DNA of 63,069 nt, the filler included, from Reticulomyxa filosa (taxonomy: Eukaryota > Protista > Foraminifera), in the NCBI GenBank assembly GCA_000512085.1. It is 16 parts of 16 records of this genome, joined end to end, with 100 filler letters (N's around TTAATTAATTAA, not from the genome) between each part and the next. Parts side by side here need not be neighbours in the genome. Positions count along the whole stretch, not along the records: positions 47,136 to 60,619 come from ASPP01021022.1; positions 60,720 to 61,935 come from ASPP01050782.1; positions 62,036 to 63,069 come from ASPP01023115.1; 13 more parts are not named here. One strand, given 5' to 3'. The position numbers were made by a program, and so were the translations under genes. Each line of letters opens with the position of its first letter. Position 1 is the first letter of the stretch. The notes beneath the pieces are model-generated. The model was not told the DNA's origin and made no database searches. It saw only the letters and a program-made list of their open reading frames with translations. Positions 48,806 to 63,069 of the stretch are shown in pieces.

Positions 48806-51536
48806 TTAAAGAATAATACAGCAGTAACAATTTTTTTTATTGTTAGCAGTTCGCAAATCTTTTATTTCTTTTTTCAATTGAGCAACAACTTGCTCGTTTT
48901 CGTCTTGGATTTTGACAATTACTTTTTGCAATTTTTCTCGTTCAACTTCGGTGTTAAGACAGCGAGTTTTTGTTTTTTCGAGTTGTCGAACATTTCGTTT
49001 TGGACCTCATTCAGCTTTGACTCGGCCTTTTGGGTGTTGTTATTTGTGTATGTTATTGAATAAATAAGTTTATAAAATGATAATATTAACATAATACCTC
49101 TGTCAGTCTTTGTCTCAGTTTTTTGTTACACATTTGTAATATAACGACATTGGCAAGATTTTGACAGTTACCGTCATCATCAACATTACACAAAAGGGGT
49201 ATGCTGTTCGTTTTATGGCGATTGTGACAGGGTTGAAATTCATTATTGCTGTTTCTCTTTTCTTTATCGTGCAACAGTTGCATTCTCTCTTGCGTTTCTC
49301 TGTCCTCGTTTTCTCTCGCTGTCATTAATTCAGCATCCTCCATATTCTGTGTTTGTTGCTTTTCGTTATCGTCATAATTGTTTAAACTATGTTTTTTTTT
49401 TCTTTTTGAAAGATAAAAAAGAAATAGATACAATTATACCTGCATAGTGTTCTGTCCTTGCACAGTTGCTTTGTTGTTTTCATCGATTACACAGTATATC
49501 TTGCTTGCTCCATCCTATATTGTGATTTTTTTTTTGCTTCTTTTGGATCAAAAAAAATGATAACATCACCAACTTTTTACCGTCAATTGTGTCTTGCATT
49601 TTTCACTCTGTTCTTGAGAATGTTTCGATTGCATATTGTTGTTATCACTCCATTGGATTTTTTGAGTATTGCCTCTACTTTCAGATTCGTCTTTTAGATG
49701 TTGAATTTGTTCTCGAAGCATTTTGATCTCTTCGCACTCTTTGTGTTTCTTGTTTAATTTTTTTATGCGTTTTTTTAAAAATAAAGTTGTCTTTGATAAA
49801 TTAGCTTTTGATCTCCAAAAAAAAAAAAAAATGACACCTGTTCTTTGGACATTGCTTCCATCTTTGAATAAACTTGTTGCAACTCATTGTTTTTTTGATC
49901 GGTGACTTTCAAAAGCTCTTGTTTGTGATGCATTTTGAGATCTTCTTGTGCAATGCGCATTTGATTTAATTGTTTTCGGAAATGCTTTGATTCGTGTTTG
50001 TATTTTGAATTGGAGTCTTGCAGTTTTTTAATTTTTGTCTGTTACCACAAATTAAGAAATCCGATCATCACTCTCCAAACTCTAGCTGAAGAGAGAAGAA
50101 GAGAAATTTTGGAGTGACTCTAAACTTGTAACATCCAAAGGTCTGCGTTGACCTTTTCTTTTTCATTTGCAAGAGTTTGAATTGTACTTTGCAACGTATT
50201 AATTTTATCACTCAATCCGTTTTTACAGACAGTGCTTTCTTTTAATGCAGTCTACAAATTCACGCACGGATTTGAAGAGACAACAAGGTTTTCCCAAAAG
50301 TAGCTTTCAAAAAAAAAAAAAGAGGAAGTTTTAATTTTTGCTGTCTGTCTAAACTTGGACACTTGTAATCTCTTGTTGCAATTTTTGATTAGTTTGGCTG
50401 GATTGTTCCAAACGAGTCTCTAAAGAAGATATTAGTGATTTTAATTCATTTTCATGAGCTGCTGACTTTTCCTTGATTTAATTGTTTGTTTATTTTTTTG
50501 GATTTACTCAGAGTCATTATTTTTATACGTTGCAAATGTGCAACATTCAACTACCTGCAAGATTCGGAGTCGCTCTTCAACTTTACGTTTTTCTTGTCGC
50601 AAGTGAATACATTTCATTTCCAACTCCGGTGCTATCTCTTGGTTTGCATTTGGAGTTTCTGTTGGCGATTCACTGTTGGTGTTCTTTTTGGACAGCTCTT
50701 CTGTCTGTTTTCAATTCATGCACACATATTGATACGAATTGGAGGGAGAAAAGGGAAATTTTGTCAATGTTATTGCTGTGATCAGGAAAACAAACCTCTT
50801 GCTCCTCTGAAATATCGGCAATATTTTTTATTTCATTGTATGAGTCCAACAATGATTTGTAGTCCTCCATTACCGATTTTTCATTTTGCAAAGCAAAATT
50901 TTCGTCTTGCAATCTTTGCATTTCTTTTACCAATCGAGTATTTTCATCTTTGATTTTTTGAAATTTCAATTGATGTATCTAACCAAAGAGAGATTAAAAA
51001 CAACATGTTTTAAGTTCGTGTAAAGAATTCGAGATGAACTTTTAAAAATCTTTCAATTTTACTGTCCCCATTTACTGTGTTGTTTTGTGTTCTAGTCATA
51101 CTTGTAAATCCTCGATAGTGTGTTCCAATTTGTTGATTTCAAGATATAGTTGTCGCTTTTCAGCGTCGAAATTCTAAGTGTCGAAAACAATAAAGATTTA
51201 TCCACTATCAAATAAGATTTTGTTTTTTCCTTAGTGACCTGTTCTTGAACATTTTTAATTTGTTCTTTCAACTTGCTATTCTCTTTTTTAATTAAATATA
51301 TATCTGGTGATCCCTGTTTATTTTAAATTGTGCATTGAAAATATTTTAGTAATCTTCAATTTGCGTAATTGATTGTTAACTTCATTGGTATCCTTAGAAG
51401 AAAGCGTGAATAAATTTTCTTTTTCATTTTGATCAATTTTCGACTATTGAAGTATTTTTTGGTGTATCGTTTGAGTATCAATACAATATCAAGAGAAAAG
51501 GCAATTGAACCATACAATCATGCGAGAATCAGACAT
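48806..51536 (-). CDS. Long coiled-coil protein ending in a CaaX motif, many short exons
   Basis: Exons start MSDSRMI|SKIDQNEK... and are heptad E/K/Q/L-rich. The last exon ends KEIKDLRTANNKKNCYCCIIL*. One apparent frameshift lies near 48990. Confidence 0.7.
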
Positions 51537-52158
51537 TTTGATTTTGGTTGAAGAAAATTTTTAAGCAAGTAACATTTTTTTGTCATTCGTCATTGCTGCC
51601 ATCATAATTTGTTAAACTTTATCGCTTGGATAATATAAAGTCATAAGTTGTTTTTAACTGTGAACATTGCAAAAAAGTAACAATGAAAATCAATACGGTA
51701 GTCGTAAACTTTCCAATACTTTTTTTATATAAAAATTCTATTTAGCTAACGAAATCAGCGGACAAATTAAAAATGTGGAATGATGCATTTATGACTTATC
51801 CTATGTCTTTTTTTCCTTCCATGGAAAAGTATCACATTACTGTCCATACTTTAAAGTTATGTTTAAAAAAGTAAACTTTAATCAATCTTTGATGCATAAA
51901 AAAAAGGCGTGCAAAAGATCAGAAGTTCTTAAAAAATTGAAGAAGAAAGATATTCAGACAAAAAATTTGTATGATTAATGGTACTAGTAAAATTAACATA
52001 ATCAAAATTGATATGTATACAATTCTAAAACTGAAAGTTTAAAGGGTAAAGGTGATATTTTTTTAAATGAAAAGGAAATTTAAAAAAGCTCATGTAGAGA
52101 TTTAAAAGAGTATCCGATTAAATGCTGGAGATTTGATTGCCTAAAGTGCAACAAATAT

Positions 52159-52841
52159 CTACGTAAATTTTGTTTGTTCGCTTGCAGAAAGAATACTATA
52201 TTTGACGTTTGCTTCTTTGTGTGACACTCGTGAATCATCTGTAATCTCGTAATTTCCAAAAACTTGGTTCTGAAGTTGAGCAATACACTCGGCCACATAA
52301 GTAACCTGGCCCTGGAGATGTTGGATCTCATTACTAGCTTTCGCATGTTCATTTCGAACCGATTCAATTTCATTTTCAAATCTTTTCATCGTTTTTTTGT
52401 TACTCTCAATTACATTTTCAATCATTCTTTTTAATTCGAACATTTTTTTATCCGTATACTTTTCCATTTCCATCTTAAACGGTTCAAATTTTCTGAGAAA
52501 TAACAAGGACCAAATTTTAAAAGAAAAGAATTTTTGGAGAACTACCTGTTCAATTGTTTGAAACCAGCTTCATAATTTTCTAAGGCGGCTTCTTGCCGAC
52601 TCGTTTTTTGTTCTAATTGACCAATTTTTGAGCGAATGCATGAGACATTTTTCAAAGCCTTTGCTGGCGGCAAAGAAGACACTGGTGCTCTTGCGCTTGT
52701 TTGAATCTCGCTTATGTCTGTTGCATCGTAACTTATGTCAAAATCAGAAATTTGTATGTCATTTTTAACAAGCACAAGTGTTTGTTGTTTAATATTCCAT
52801 TTATTTCTTTAACAAATCAAACCTGATTCTTTTTGTGCCAT
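52159..52841 (-). CDS. Short coiled-coil protein, about 3 exons
   Basis: MAQKES|EINGILK..., joined to ORFs 52542-52775 and 52159-52506 by GT-AG introns. Confidence 0.55.
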
Positions 52842-53520
52842 CTCTGACGATGCTTTTTAGTTAAAAAATTGACAAATAAATCTAAATTTCAAGAGAAATA
52901 ATTAACCATAAGAGATATCTTCATTTCATAATTTGAGTTATTTTTATGAATGCCAAAGTTCGAATTGAAACATACTTTTTTCGCACATTTCACCATCTTG
53001 AAGGATATAAAAAAATAAAAATTACTTTTTGTACAAATGTGATAATTTTACTAGCATATGTGAGACAATCAGCAAATTAAAATAATAAATACAGATATCA
53101 TTAACTAGAGTTGTAACATAATTCAAAGATTTATATTGTCCCACAAATTGAGAGACAAAAAAGTGATTGAAAGACTAAACAATACCAGTAACATAAAAAT
53201 ATAACAAGTTAGAGCATAGTTGATAACTGTGCTTTCAATAAAACACGCAAGAAGTAATCAATAACTAAGTGTAATACAAAAATAGTATCACTCTTTAAAA
53301 TTTAAAAAATGATAATAATAAACTGAAACAAAAAAGGAAAAAATAAATTTTAACAAAAATACAATAAAAACCAGCACGTTTCATTGTCCACAATAATGGA
53401 TATTTATCTTTTTTTAATAAAAAATAAAAACAAGGCACAAAATTCTGTTGACAACATGAACCTTCATAAGTTGTATCATATTTCATATATAATATAAAAT
53501 ATATATGCGAACAAGAGAAA

Positions 53521-54399
53521 ATGTTTTCATGGAGATTCTCTTTAGATGAATTGTTTGGAGCATTACTGAGTTGGGACTTGAAGACAGTCAGCAACGTGGT
53601 AAAGAAGCCGAGTATCCAAAATGCGTTGAACGCAAATTCTTTCCTAAACCAAGCGACGACAACCAATCCAAGCGGCATGGTCGGCCGTTTGAGTTCATTG
53701 ATTTTTAGTATAGAAGTGGTGTCATCTTTGTCGTCCGAATTAATAGCATATGAAAAGGAGAGGCCAAAGCGTGGTACTTTATCTAAGGAATTTTTCGAGT
53801 ATCTGTTAGCGAAGAAAATTCTAAAAGAAAAAGAAGAAAATGAAGAAAAAGAAGAAAAAGAAGAGCAAGAAAAAAAGCATTCCTTGGCCGTGCAATTGGC
53901 GTTGTTTATGTTGTATATTCGAAGTTTGTCTTATGACACAAACCCTTTCTTACCGTTGAGTCCATTTTTTCTGATAGCAATAACAACAACACAAAAAAAA
54001 AAAAAAAAAAAAAATATGTGTATATATATTTATATATATGCATATATATGTATATAAAAGAGTAATTTATCGTGACTACGTAAAGTTACCGAAAGCAGAA
54101 AAAGAGTGGAAAGACCTGTTAAGAAAAGAGTGTGTGGAATGGACGAAAAGGAAGAGCGAAGACTTGTGGAAGCTGTGTGTAGAAATGTCAGAAGGACGAG
54201 TGCGTTTTTGGGATTCGAATGCGATAAGCAGATATATGAACGGGATATTAATATACGAATACATGTCGATGTCGAAACAGGATTATGAGATCCTTGGTAA
54301 TGCCAACCAATTATTGACCAACTTGTCTACCGCAGCAAAGCACTTGATCGATTTCAAAGATTTTATAAAAATGTCCGATTCAACAGTAACAACAACGTC

Positions 54400-54452
<53 letters not shown>

Positions 54453-57400
54453 GCGATCAAAACAATAAAGTGATGAAAGAATCACCACCATCACCATCAC
54501 TAATCACAACAATAACAACAACGACAATGACGGTGATGAGTCGAGGTGAGTTTTATTATTGGTTGAATCATTTATGCCAATGTCTACATGACGTGGACAT
54601 GTATGGAGGAAGAGGACGCAGTAGAATGGGACAAGATATTCCTGCGCGTTCGTTGACGACCGAACAGAGTCACCACTTATGCGCGTTAATTGGCGAGCTG
54701 TTCGAGTATGTGCTGACTGTGTGTCGCCATTGGGCCGACCAATGCAACGCGCAGCATATCTCTGCGCTGAGCCAGCAGCATTTGCATGCAGCTATTCTCT
54801 CGCGCGCATTCAATTGGCCCAGAGATCTGTACTTTGTCCTGCATCGGTCTTTGTGGATCGCCTACCACTATATCAGCATCCAATGGCCCGATCACTTTCT
54901 GCACAAAGCAGAACAAGAAAAGCGACGAAAGACCAATCCGCTTGGCTCCATTACCAACGAGGAGCAAATGTTCCAAGCCTCGCTGTTGCCAACTTTGTTC
55001 AACGTGCATCGCATGCTCGCCCAATTTTCGGTACAGCAACAATCAGTAATTCAAGAAATGCAAACAATGAAAAAAGATCAGTTATTTAATAACAATAATA
55101 ATAATAATAATAATAATGTCGATTTGATAACGATGCGAGATGACTTGCAATGGATTTTGTTTTGCAACATTTCGCATTGCTTGCTTGTGTTTACGTACGA
55201 CTTGAAATGGAAAGAACAGCTATGGGGGGAGCTGTCCTCCTCGTTGCTGCAACACGACTTGCATCGCTGCAACGTCGTGTCACACACGGTTTGCTCGCAA
55301 AGCCATTGGTTTTTCTATCATTACGACACCACCGTTCAGACGCTGTACTACATATATCGAGGGCTGCCTTATTATGCCAACATGCGCACGCGGGCGTTTG
55401 CCACGCCGACGGACTTGGTTCGCACCTTGTTGCGCTTCGTCAGTCGACCACAGCGACAAGACAATGCGCAAGGAGAAGGAAGAGAAGGAAGAGAAGGAAG
55501 AGAAGGAGGAGCCCAGATGTTTGTCCATTTCTGGCATCACGAAATGAGTCCAGCCATGATTGGAAACAGTTCTTTGTTGTCGACTGTTATCTCTGTGGGG
55601 AGGTCCAAAATCGCATGGGATATTTATCTGTTGTTCCATGGGATCAATCGAATGGATACAAATATTGCCATTGATAGGAAATTATTGCACGATTTGGAAG
55701 TTAATCATGGTCATGATAATAATGATGATGATGATGATGATGATGTTGTCTGTATGGCTTGGATGCAACGAATGGCTTGGATTGCATTGCTGCCAGACTT
55801 TGTGGCGAAGCAAAACGAATTAAATGCAATGACAAGCCATCAATCCTTCAATGCGGAAATGGCAATGGAAATTGAAATGACACGCTCCACCATTGAAACA
55901 AAGCAGACCAAGTACCAATCTTCGTTGCGGCATCTTTCAAGCTATGTCAATACCAAGTCCAATGACAAGAACAACAAGAACGACGAAAATAAGCGTTGGA
56001 TGATGATAATGACTACGTTGGCAGCATGTCAGAATGAGTCATGGCTACAATTCTTTCTTTATGCCAATGAAAACCAATCAAATTCGCAGTCCACGACGCA
56101 GAACAATACAAATGTGGTCACATGTGACTTGGTGTCATTGCTGTCCAAACACGTATTGGAGATATTGACGCTGGTCGGCACACGGCCTGATGATAACGCG
56201 TACCAATTATATTCGTCGACCATTTGAGGGACTTGTGTCTGGAGGCGTCCAACTCCGTTGTTCGGGTGATGAAGAACCAGACCCAATGGATGGGACAGCA
56301 CCAACACAAAAAGGAGCTCGTCTATCAATGTCATTTGAATTGGATAGAAGAGCTGTGGACGTTTACTAAATCCAAACTCTGGAACTCGCAACACAAGCTG
56401 TATGGCTATGGAGCAGAAGGAGGAGGAGCAAGAGGGATAGATACAGAAACAAACCCGCATCATGCAAAGAGTGAACGGAGGAGAGGAGATGAGCTCATCA
56501 TCATCGCCTGGATGAAATGGGTGGAAATCATTCATTTCGTTGTTGATACGTGGGCCACTCATGACAAGCATGAGATCGAACAATCCGCACTCTTGGTTCT
56601 CGTACATTTGGATTATTTAGCCTTCCATTTCCCACAGAGAAATACCTTGCTTCTTTTATTGAACACTTGTGCCAAAAAACATGCACGGTTTGATCTTTGA
56701 CTACTTTTATACAACTTCGTCCCCCTCCCCCCCCCCCTCCTTCCTACAATAGTGTATTTATTCAACAAAATAAAAAAATATATCTCAATAGGGAAGTAAT
56801 CTATCCATTCTTAGAAACTATGGTTACATTGAAATCAAGTGTAAGTGCAAGCAAAGAGGTATCCTTGCTGCAACAAAAAATGGAGGGAACAAGAGATGGC
56901 TTGCTCATTTACTATTTGTACCACTGGATTGATCATATTTGCCGCGCTCCTTATCTTGTCAACACTCAAATCAAACCAATGTTATACAAGTATTTGATCC
57001 ATCGAGATGTTGCAAAACTGTCCCCAAATGTAGCGAATCAGAACCTTTTGAATCAATTGCTGCAGCTGTATCAATTGACTGTAAGACACAATGCATTGGT
57101 TTGGATTTATGTTTCTGCCAAAAACAGTAACTATGACAATACAACCGATTCGCAAACTCCTGACAATACAAAAAGCAATGCTGACACCAATAAAGAGGGA
57201 AACAATACTTCGCTCGCATTTATTAAAAAATTGATCGACGCTTCTTTGGAACATTATCCTCGACTTGTCACACATAGTGCCTTGTATTCCATTATTTTCG
57301 AGACATTGATATCTATTCGAATGAATATTAGCTCGAGTTCTAGTTCCGAGTTGGTGTTACATACGTGCAAAAAATGAAAGAGCGTGCAAGTATGGTCGAT

Positions 57401-57939
57401 CCCAAAGCCAAATCCATTCACGGAAATGACGTGTTCAGTGCCAAAGATGACTTTGTCAACATTTTCACTGAGTGCAGCATATTCATGATGGAGATGATAT
57501 GTAGTAACTACAATATTTTAGATTGGCCTTATATCACCTCATCTCTGAGTTATTGCGGACAAATGATTGAAATGGTTGCCAATAGTGAAGATAGCACCAT
57601 TTCCAAAAGAATGTTGAAACTTATCCTCTCCAAGTATGTCGTTGCAATAAGCAATTGCGATGACATTGTCAAAAAAAAGAGGATCTCCGAATGGTACTTT
57701 GACACTTGCTCACGAATAATTTTAATTTGGCATCTATGCTATAAACTTGACAACCACACGTAGTGGGGGGGGGGAGGTTGTTTGCTTGTTTTTTTCTCCC
57801 CTCATTTGCTTTGTCCTCATTTCTTATAACTTCCAATACTAAATTATAAAAAAACAAATTTATCACAACCTTTAGAAAGTAATTGACCAATGCTTATTCT
57901 AATCGTCAATTTGTACCTGCCCAAAATAGTTTAAAATGA
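53521..57939 (+). CDS. Large uncharacterised alpha-helical protein with poly-N inserts (3' boundary uncertain)
   Basis: Long collinear ORFs (53521, 54038, 56224, 56697, 57365) with two probable introns and apparent frameshifts near 56224 and 57370. No family was recognised. Confidence 0.65.
54401..54451 (+). repeat. (AAT)n coding microsatellite (poly-Asn)
   Basis: A perfect AAT run, with similar runs at ~6440, ~28732 and ~55094. Confidence 0.9.
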
Positions 57940-58152
57940 ATTCACAACATTTTTTGTGTTGATGGATTTGCTGTCTCTTTGACCAGCCGGATTATTAAGT
58001 ATTCTTCAGATTGACTTACTTTTCAAAAATTGCAGACCAAATGAGGAGTTGTAAAAGGAAAACTACAAAAAATGCCAAGCATTTATAGCAGAACAATCGT
58101 CAAGTCTTGTTGGCAATATTCAATCCGTTTTTCTTTGTTTATATTTTTTTTA

Positions 58153-59740
58153 TCAGACTTTATCTCCAAACAAATCTTTACCGACCATTTTGGAGCAAAT
58201 CGGATGATAGCGACGCTTATTCTTTTCATATGTAGTAATGGCCAGTTTCTTACGTTGTTCATTCGTGGCAAGCGCACGATATAACGGACGAACGAACTAT
58301 TTGCAGAAAATAAACACACATGTCATTGACAAAAGAGGACAAACAAGAACTTTCAAATATGTTATCTTATGTGACTATGTGAACATAATACTCTTGACCT
58401 TCATTCGGCCAATTGTCGAGAGCATATCGATCGTTGACGGATAATACTTTTCAAAATCGCATGCCAATGTCAACTACAGCATTGCCCAAAAAAAATAAAA
58501 AAATTGAACATCATATCCAACACAAACATAAATCGAACATACCAAATTCCATCGAAATTTCAACTCGGCATTTGAAGTCTGTTTCATACATCCCGTGGTA
58601 TACAATGTCAAAAAAAAAAAAAAAAAAATCAAGTCATAGCAAAACAAAATAAAACAAAAACAAAGCAAAACTTCAGCGAATTTGTATGCAACAGTAATTT
58701 TCTCTAACTTGCCACGTAATTGTTCTTTCACAACCAAAGCATCTTTTGCATTTTGAATTTTTTTTTCAAATTCGATCAACAAATCATCTAAAAACATTTC
58801 CCACTTTGTTTAACGATATGAACACCCAATATTTATCTTATTTTGAACAGCTAATTTCATTTGTTGTCATATGCGGATGAAATGTGAAAGAAATGAACAA
58901 AATGGAGCCCACCATACCTGTTGAACATACCAAGTGCGACACTCTTGAGGATCAGGGACAAAGTCGCTTTGCTCCCATTTTTGGACGAGCTCTTTTACGA
59001 TCTTCTTCAGTTTACTTTCGATAGGCTCAAGAGGTGGCATACCAGTGCTATGGAGCCACTTCTTCCAATCGATCGTATCCAGTTTCGTCACATCAAAATT
59101 TTTCACTTTTGCAAAGTATTTTCAAAAAGTAGTCACGAAATTCGTTCGAATCCACACAGGAAAACTATACATAGAGCAATTGCTTGTTTTGTTTTTTTTT
59201 TTTTTTGCAAAGAAGAGCGAACAAAAGAATCCAACAAACAAAACTTTGAAAGCTTGAAAATAATCTCGTGCAAAAGGTTCAAATACATCAGGACCCCCGA
59301 CAGTATTTTCCAAATAACGCAAGAAAGCAGCGCCTTTTTCATAAGGGACACCTGTCGATTATTATGTTTCATAGGGAGTAATGGCTCCAACCATACGTAT
59401 AAATAAATATACATAAGTATATATGTATTTATATATATATATGTGTATATATACTGGAAAAAGCATCGTCGGGATCAATGCCAACTAAAGATAAATTCAA
59501 TTTGGTAAATTGATGCTCCTCTCCAAAGTGCTTGACATCGATTTCCAAATCTCGAATTCCATTGGCTACTTTCAATGCCCAAAAATCGTCTCCTAAAATT
59601 CTTTGAAGGATTTTGCACTCGATGAATACCGTCCAGCCTTCATTTAGCCAAAAGTGTTCCCAGCTTTTGTTCTTTCATTTATTATTATTATTATTATTAT
59701 TACTCGTTCTTTTTTTTTTCTCCTCCCTTTCTCTTCCCCC

Positions 59741-59772
<32 letters not shown>

Positions 59773-60587
59773 GAGTGACAAACCGAAACCAAATTTCCAG
59801 TCCAACTATGGGCGATTTCATGGGCAACTACGCTTTCTAACGAACGGTCTCCAGCAAGTAAAGTTGGAGTGACAAACGTTAAGTTTGGATTTTCCATGCC
59901 TCCATCTTTGTTGTTTATTGGAAGAAGAGAGGGAGGGGAGGGGGGAAAAAAACTGATGATCAATATCAACTCTATTTTTTGTTACGTAGAGTCTTAACAG
60001 GGAAAAGATGGAGGCAGACATAAAAGATCGTATCGTGTCCACTCATATTTCCCGCAAATCTCTTCGGCGAGTTTCAAGAACCTTTCGGTGTTGGCAAATT
60101 CAAACACGGTTTTTTCCACCATTGCAGGCTCACTCCAAACTTTGCAACGTGGACTAATATCACGACTTTGCAAGTCGCCGACAACCAAAGCGACCAAATA
60201 ACTACTAATCGGGACAGGCTGTCGGAATGAATACGTCACTTGCTTAGTCGTTGTGTTTTCCTTTTTGCCCTCGCTTATGGCGCTCATTAATGCTACCAAC
60301 TCTGTTGCACAGGTCACTTGCGCAGTATACGTATACTTCACACCAGGAGTGTCGAAACACGGAAAAGCACTGCGCGACAATATCGGCTGGAATTGCGTAA
60401 ACAAATAAGGATGCTTTCCTCCCAATGTTTGCACTGGCTCCAACCATTGAATGCCAGTTGCATCTGGATCCGTTTTATACTTTATTCGTACTTGTAACGC
60501 CTTCTTCGACTCTTTGCACCAGTCTTGTGGCAATGCAATGTGCAAGGCTTCACCAAATGCACTCACTTTACCTTTTATCACTTTGAA
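58153..60587 (-). CDS. LTA4H: Leukotriene A4 hydrolase-type M1 zinc aminopeptidase, multi-exon, 5' truncated
   Basis: [28 protein letters not shown]|[20 protein letters not shown] (HExxH), [26 protein letters not shown]|FVRPLY and [13 protein letters not shown]. Confidence 0.95.
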
Positions 60588-62035
60588 CTAGATCCACATA
60601 TTTTTATTTTTATTTTTTTNNNNNNNNNNNNNNNNNNNNNNNNNNNNNNNNNNNNNNNNNNNNTTAATTAATTAANNNNNNNNNNNNNNNNNNNNNNNNN
60701 NNNNNNNNNNNNNNNNNNNTGTCGCAGCTAACATAAACGGTGGTTGCATCTCCAGTGGTCGACCGATATAATTGAATATATCGATTTTATTTTCAATTAC
60801 CACATTGAATGTCAGTTTCGTATACTTTATTTTTAAAAAATAAAAAAAAAAAAGAAAATAGCTTGACAAATAAAACTACTAGGAGCGACTGTCGTGATTT
60901 GAACAGTATCATTATTTTCATGTAGCACATTGGCGGCTATGGACAGAAAAACATGGACGTGGATGGTCCATCATACTGTAGGCTTTTGCCATGTCATCAA
61001 AGATATTATACATATATGTACATATATGTATATATTATTCGCGATATGGATTGCCACCTCAATTATCCATCGACCTTTCTTCGCGTTGACAGTACCCAAT
61101 ACCAACTTCCAGTTGTGTCCTTGGCCCTCCAATATTACCATTATCATCATCATTATTAATATCACTGACTCCGCTAACCATTTGGGATATCACATTATCA
61201 AAGACAATTCCCCAAAGGTTTTTGACGGACGGAGGTGCCAGGAACATGTACGAATATACAAAAAGAATTAGTGGTCAATCGAGAGCTGCATGATACGCAA
61301 AAAGATTGAGTTGATTGACGGTTTGGGCAGAAATTGTTTCGCAAACAGGATTTGTTGGGATTGCAAGTTTTGAATATGTTGTAAGTGTTTTGTTGGTAGG
61401 CATTGTGTTGGTTTTCCGTTCATTTGTATAACGTACGTAAAATATAAATATATGATATATATTTGAATAAATAGAAGAAAAAAAATTAAACATAACACGT
61501 CATTATAGCTCCAAGTTAATAAGAACGAGTTCATATTCGACAGGGTGTCGTGAATGGTACATTTTGGCGTCGTGTTGTTGTCATTGTCTCTGCACATTTT
61601 GACGAAGAGTCACAACAAGAAGTTATTTTTGATAATGATGGCATAATAAACAATATTTTGAGTATTATAACATTTGTTGTTGTGAATAGTAGTCTAAATG
61701 GTGCTCACGCGAAAAAAAAGAAGAATGTTGAAAGTTTAATGAGGAAATACAGCATATCAAACCAGCAAAGATTGAAATTGATTGGTCGGAACAATGTCAA
61801 AAGCACGTTCGTATTGCATAAGCAAAAAACAAAGAATGATTGAAGGCTAATCTATCTCTAACAATAATGTAATGATATGGAACGAAGAAATAACAATCAA
61901 TATTTCTTCGGTCTTCGGCGTTGTGTTTTAGTGTANNNNNNNNNNNNNNNNNNNNNNNNNNNNNNNNNNNNNNNNNNNNTTAATTAATTAANNNNNNNNN
62001 NNNNNNNNNNNNNNNNNNNNNNNNNNNNNNNNNNN

Positions 62036-62710
62036 TATTAATATTAATGTTGTTATTATTATTTGTAATTGTTGTTGTTGTTGCTCCTGTTACTGTTCCT
62101 ATTGTTCCTATTGTTCCTGCTGTTGCCATAGTCGACGTGGTATCGGCACTTGCGTCGCGAGCAGAACTGCTAATATCAATGTCCGTGTCGTTGGATCGCA
62201 ACAACTCTCCATTCACGACAGCCAGTCCAAAGTTGTGGTCGCTCCTCTCTTTTTGGTGTCTCCCAATCACCGCTTTGCTCGACGACGAGTGATCCAACGA
62301 GTTCGTGTTCGTGTGAATCGACCGCGTTTCATTACTGTTCTCTGGAATACTCTCGTCCACCACTGAGAGGGTCACTACCAATGGGTTTTCTTTTTCGCCC
62401 ATTGCTTTTTTTTTTTTTTTTTTATACGTTTTTGTATTGGACATTCAAAAGCAAAGACAAGGAGGGAGAATAAAAAAAGTTTTGGAACTCTTGATCCCCT
62501 CCCCCCTTTTTTTTCTTGCAAGAAAAAATGATAATAATTCTCTCTTCTCTCATATGCAGAACAAAAACTTTGGAGTGAAACATTGCTTCGAATACGACCA
62601 GACTTTGATTTGGGAGGGTCGGGAGTTTTTCCTGTCGCTTTGATGTTTTGTTTGTTCATTCAAATGTTACCAAACAAAATCCCATTACACATACATATGC
62701 ATATATATGT

Positions 62711-62747
<37 letters not shown>

Positions 62748-63020
62748 GTATTTATATAGATACATATATAACAACCTGTAGGCATTGTTTTGGTTCTTGT
62801 TATTCTTTTTTTTCGAATCCCTTTGGAGGATTTATTTCGTGCCGCTGCTGCGGCTGCGCTCGCTATTGCTGCGGCCATCGGATGTGGACGTAATACTGTG
62901 CTGCTGCTTGTCGAAGTGAGGGTACGCTCACTGCCTGCCAGTAGATTCGTCGCGTCGTTGTTGTTATTTCGTCCTACTATTGACAATCGATGCGTTACAC
63001 TGCGACCGCGAGTACCCTTC
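62036..63020 (-). CDS. Uncharacterised low-complexity protein fragment, multi-exon
   Basis: Minus-strand ORFs 62660-62986, 62375-62659 and 62036-62444 are separated by TA-repeat and poly-A introns. They are T/N/A/S-rich. Confidence 0.45.
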
Positions 63021-63027
63021 TTTGCAT

Positions 63028-63069
<42 letters not shown>

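Noticed and set aside
60720-61935. Coding-like contig with several short ORFs and a possible in-frame TGA read-through
   Set aside because: No consistent frame or family could be reconstructed. Other genes here use TGA, TAA and TAG as stops, so there is no support for an alternative code.
4156-62035. Regularly recurring TTAATTAATTAA palindrome flanked by N runs, as a repeat or regulatory system
   Set aside because: Identical length and all-frame stops mark it as an assembly linker. For the same reason, genes on different contigs cannot be called a cluster.
1-63069. tRNA, rRNA or CRISPR arrays
   Set aside because: None was recognisable by eye; a covariance-model scan would be needed to exclude small RNAs.

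Overview
AT-rich, intron-containing eukaryotic genomic DNA made of 16 unrelated contigs joined by 15 artificial 100-bp linkers (N44-TTAATTAATTAA-N44), so adjacency across linkers has no biological meaning. The gene families point to a foraminiferan, most likely Reticulomyxa filosa (inference). The markers are the 3' end of a Retaria-type beta2-tubulin (LVTEYQDKQD), lineage-expanded WD40 genes and Asn-rich low-complexity coding. Recognisable genes are a RING/TRAF-Zn-finger-WD40 gene, a second WD40 paralogue with a decayed WD40 remnant between them, a Kelch protein, an ARL3-like GTPase, a PRORP-like NYN nuclease, an RNF213-like AAA+ fragment, urocanate hydratase, USO1/p115, a USP9X/24/34-like deubiquitinase, MO25, a multi-TM-LRR-LNR-EF-hand protein, a CaaX-terminated coiled-coil protein and an LTA4H-type M1 aminopeptidase. 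There is also a decayed LINE with an apparent 5' inversion and two decayed NTPase or nuclease genes. The strongest candidate for an undescribed system is an immune-like repertoire of WD40 propellers with a fixed scaffold, hypervariable top-face residues and interchangeable N-terminal modules; RNF213-like and Crinkler-like genes occur in the same genome. Several frameshifts lie in or near homopolymers and may be sequencing errors. All calls come from manual translation and motif recognition, and no database searches were run.
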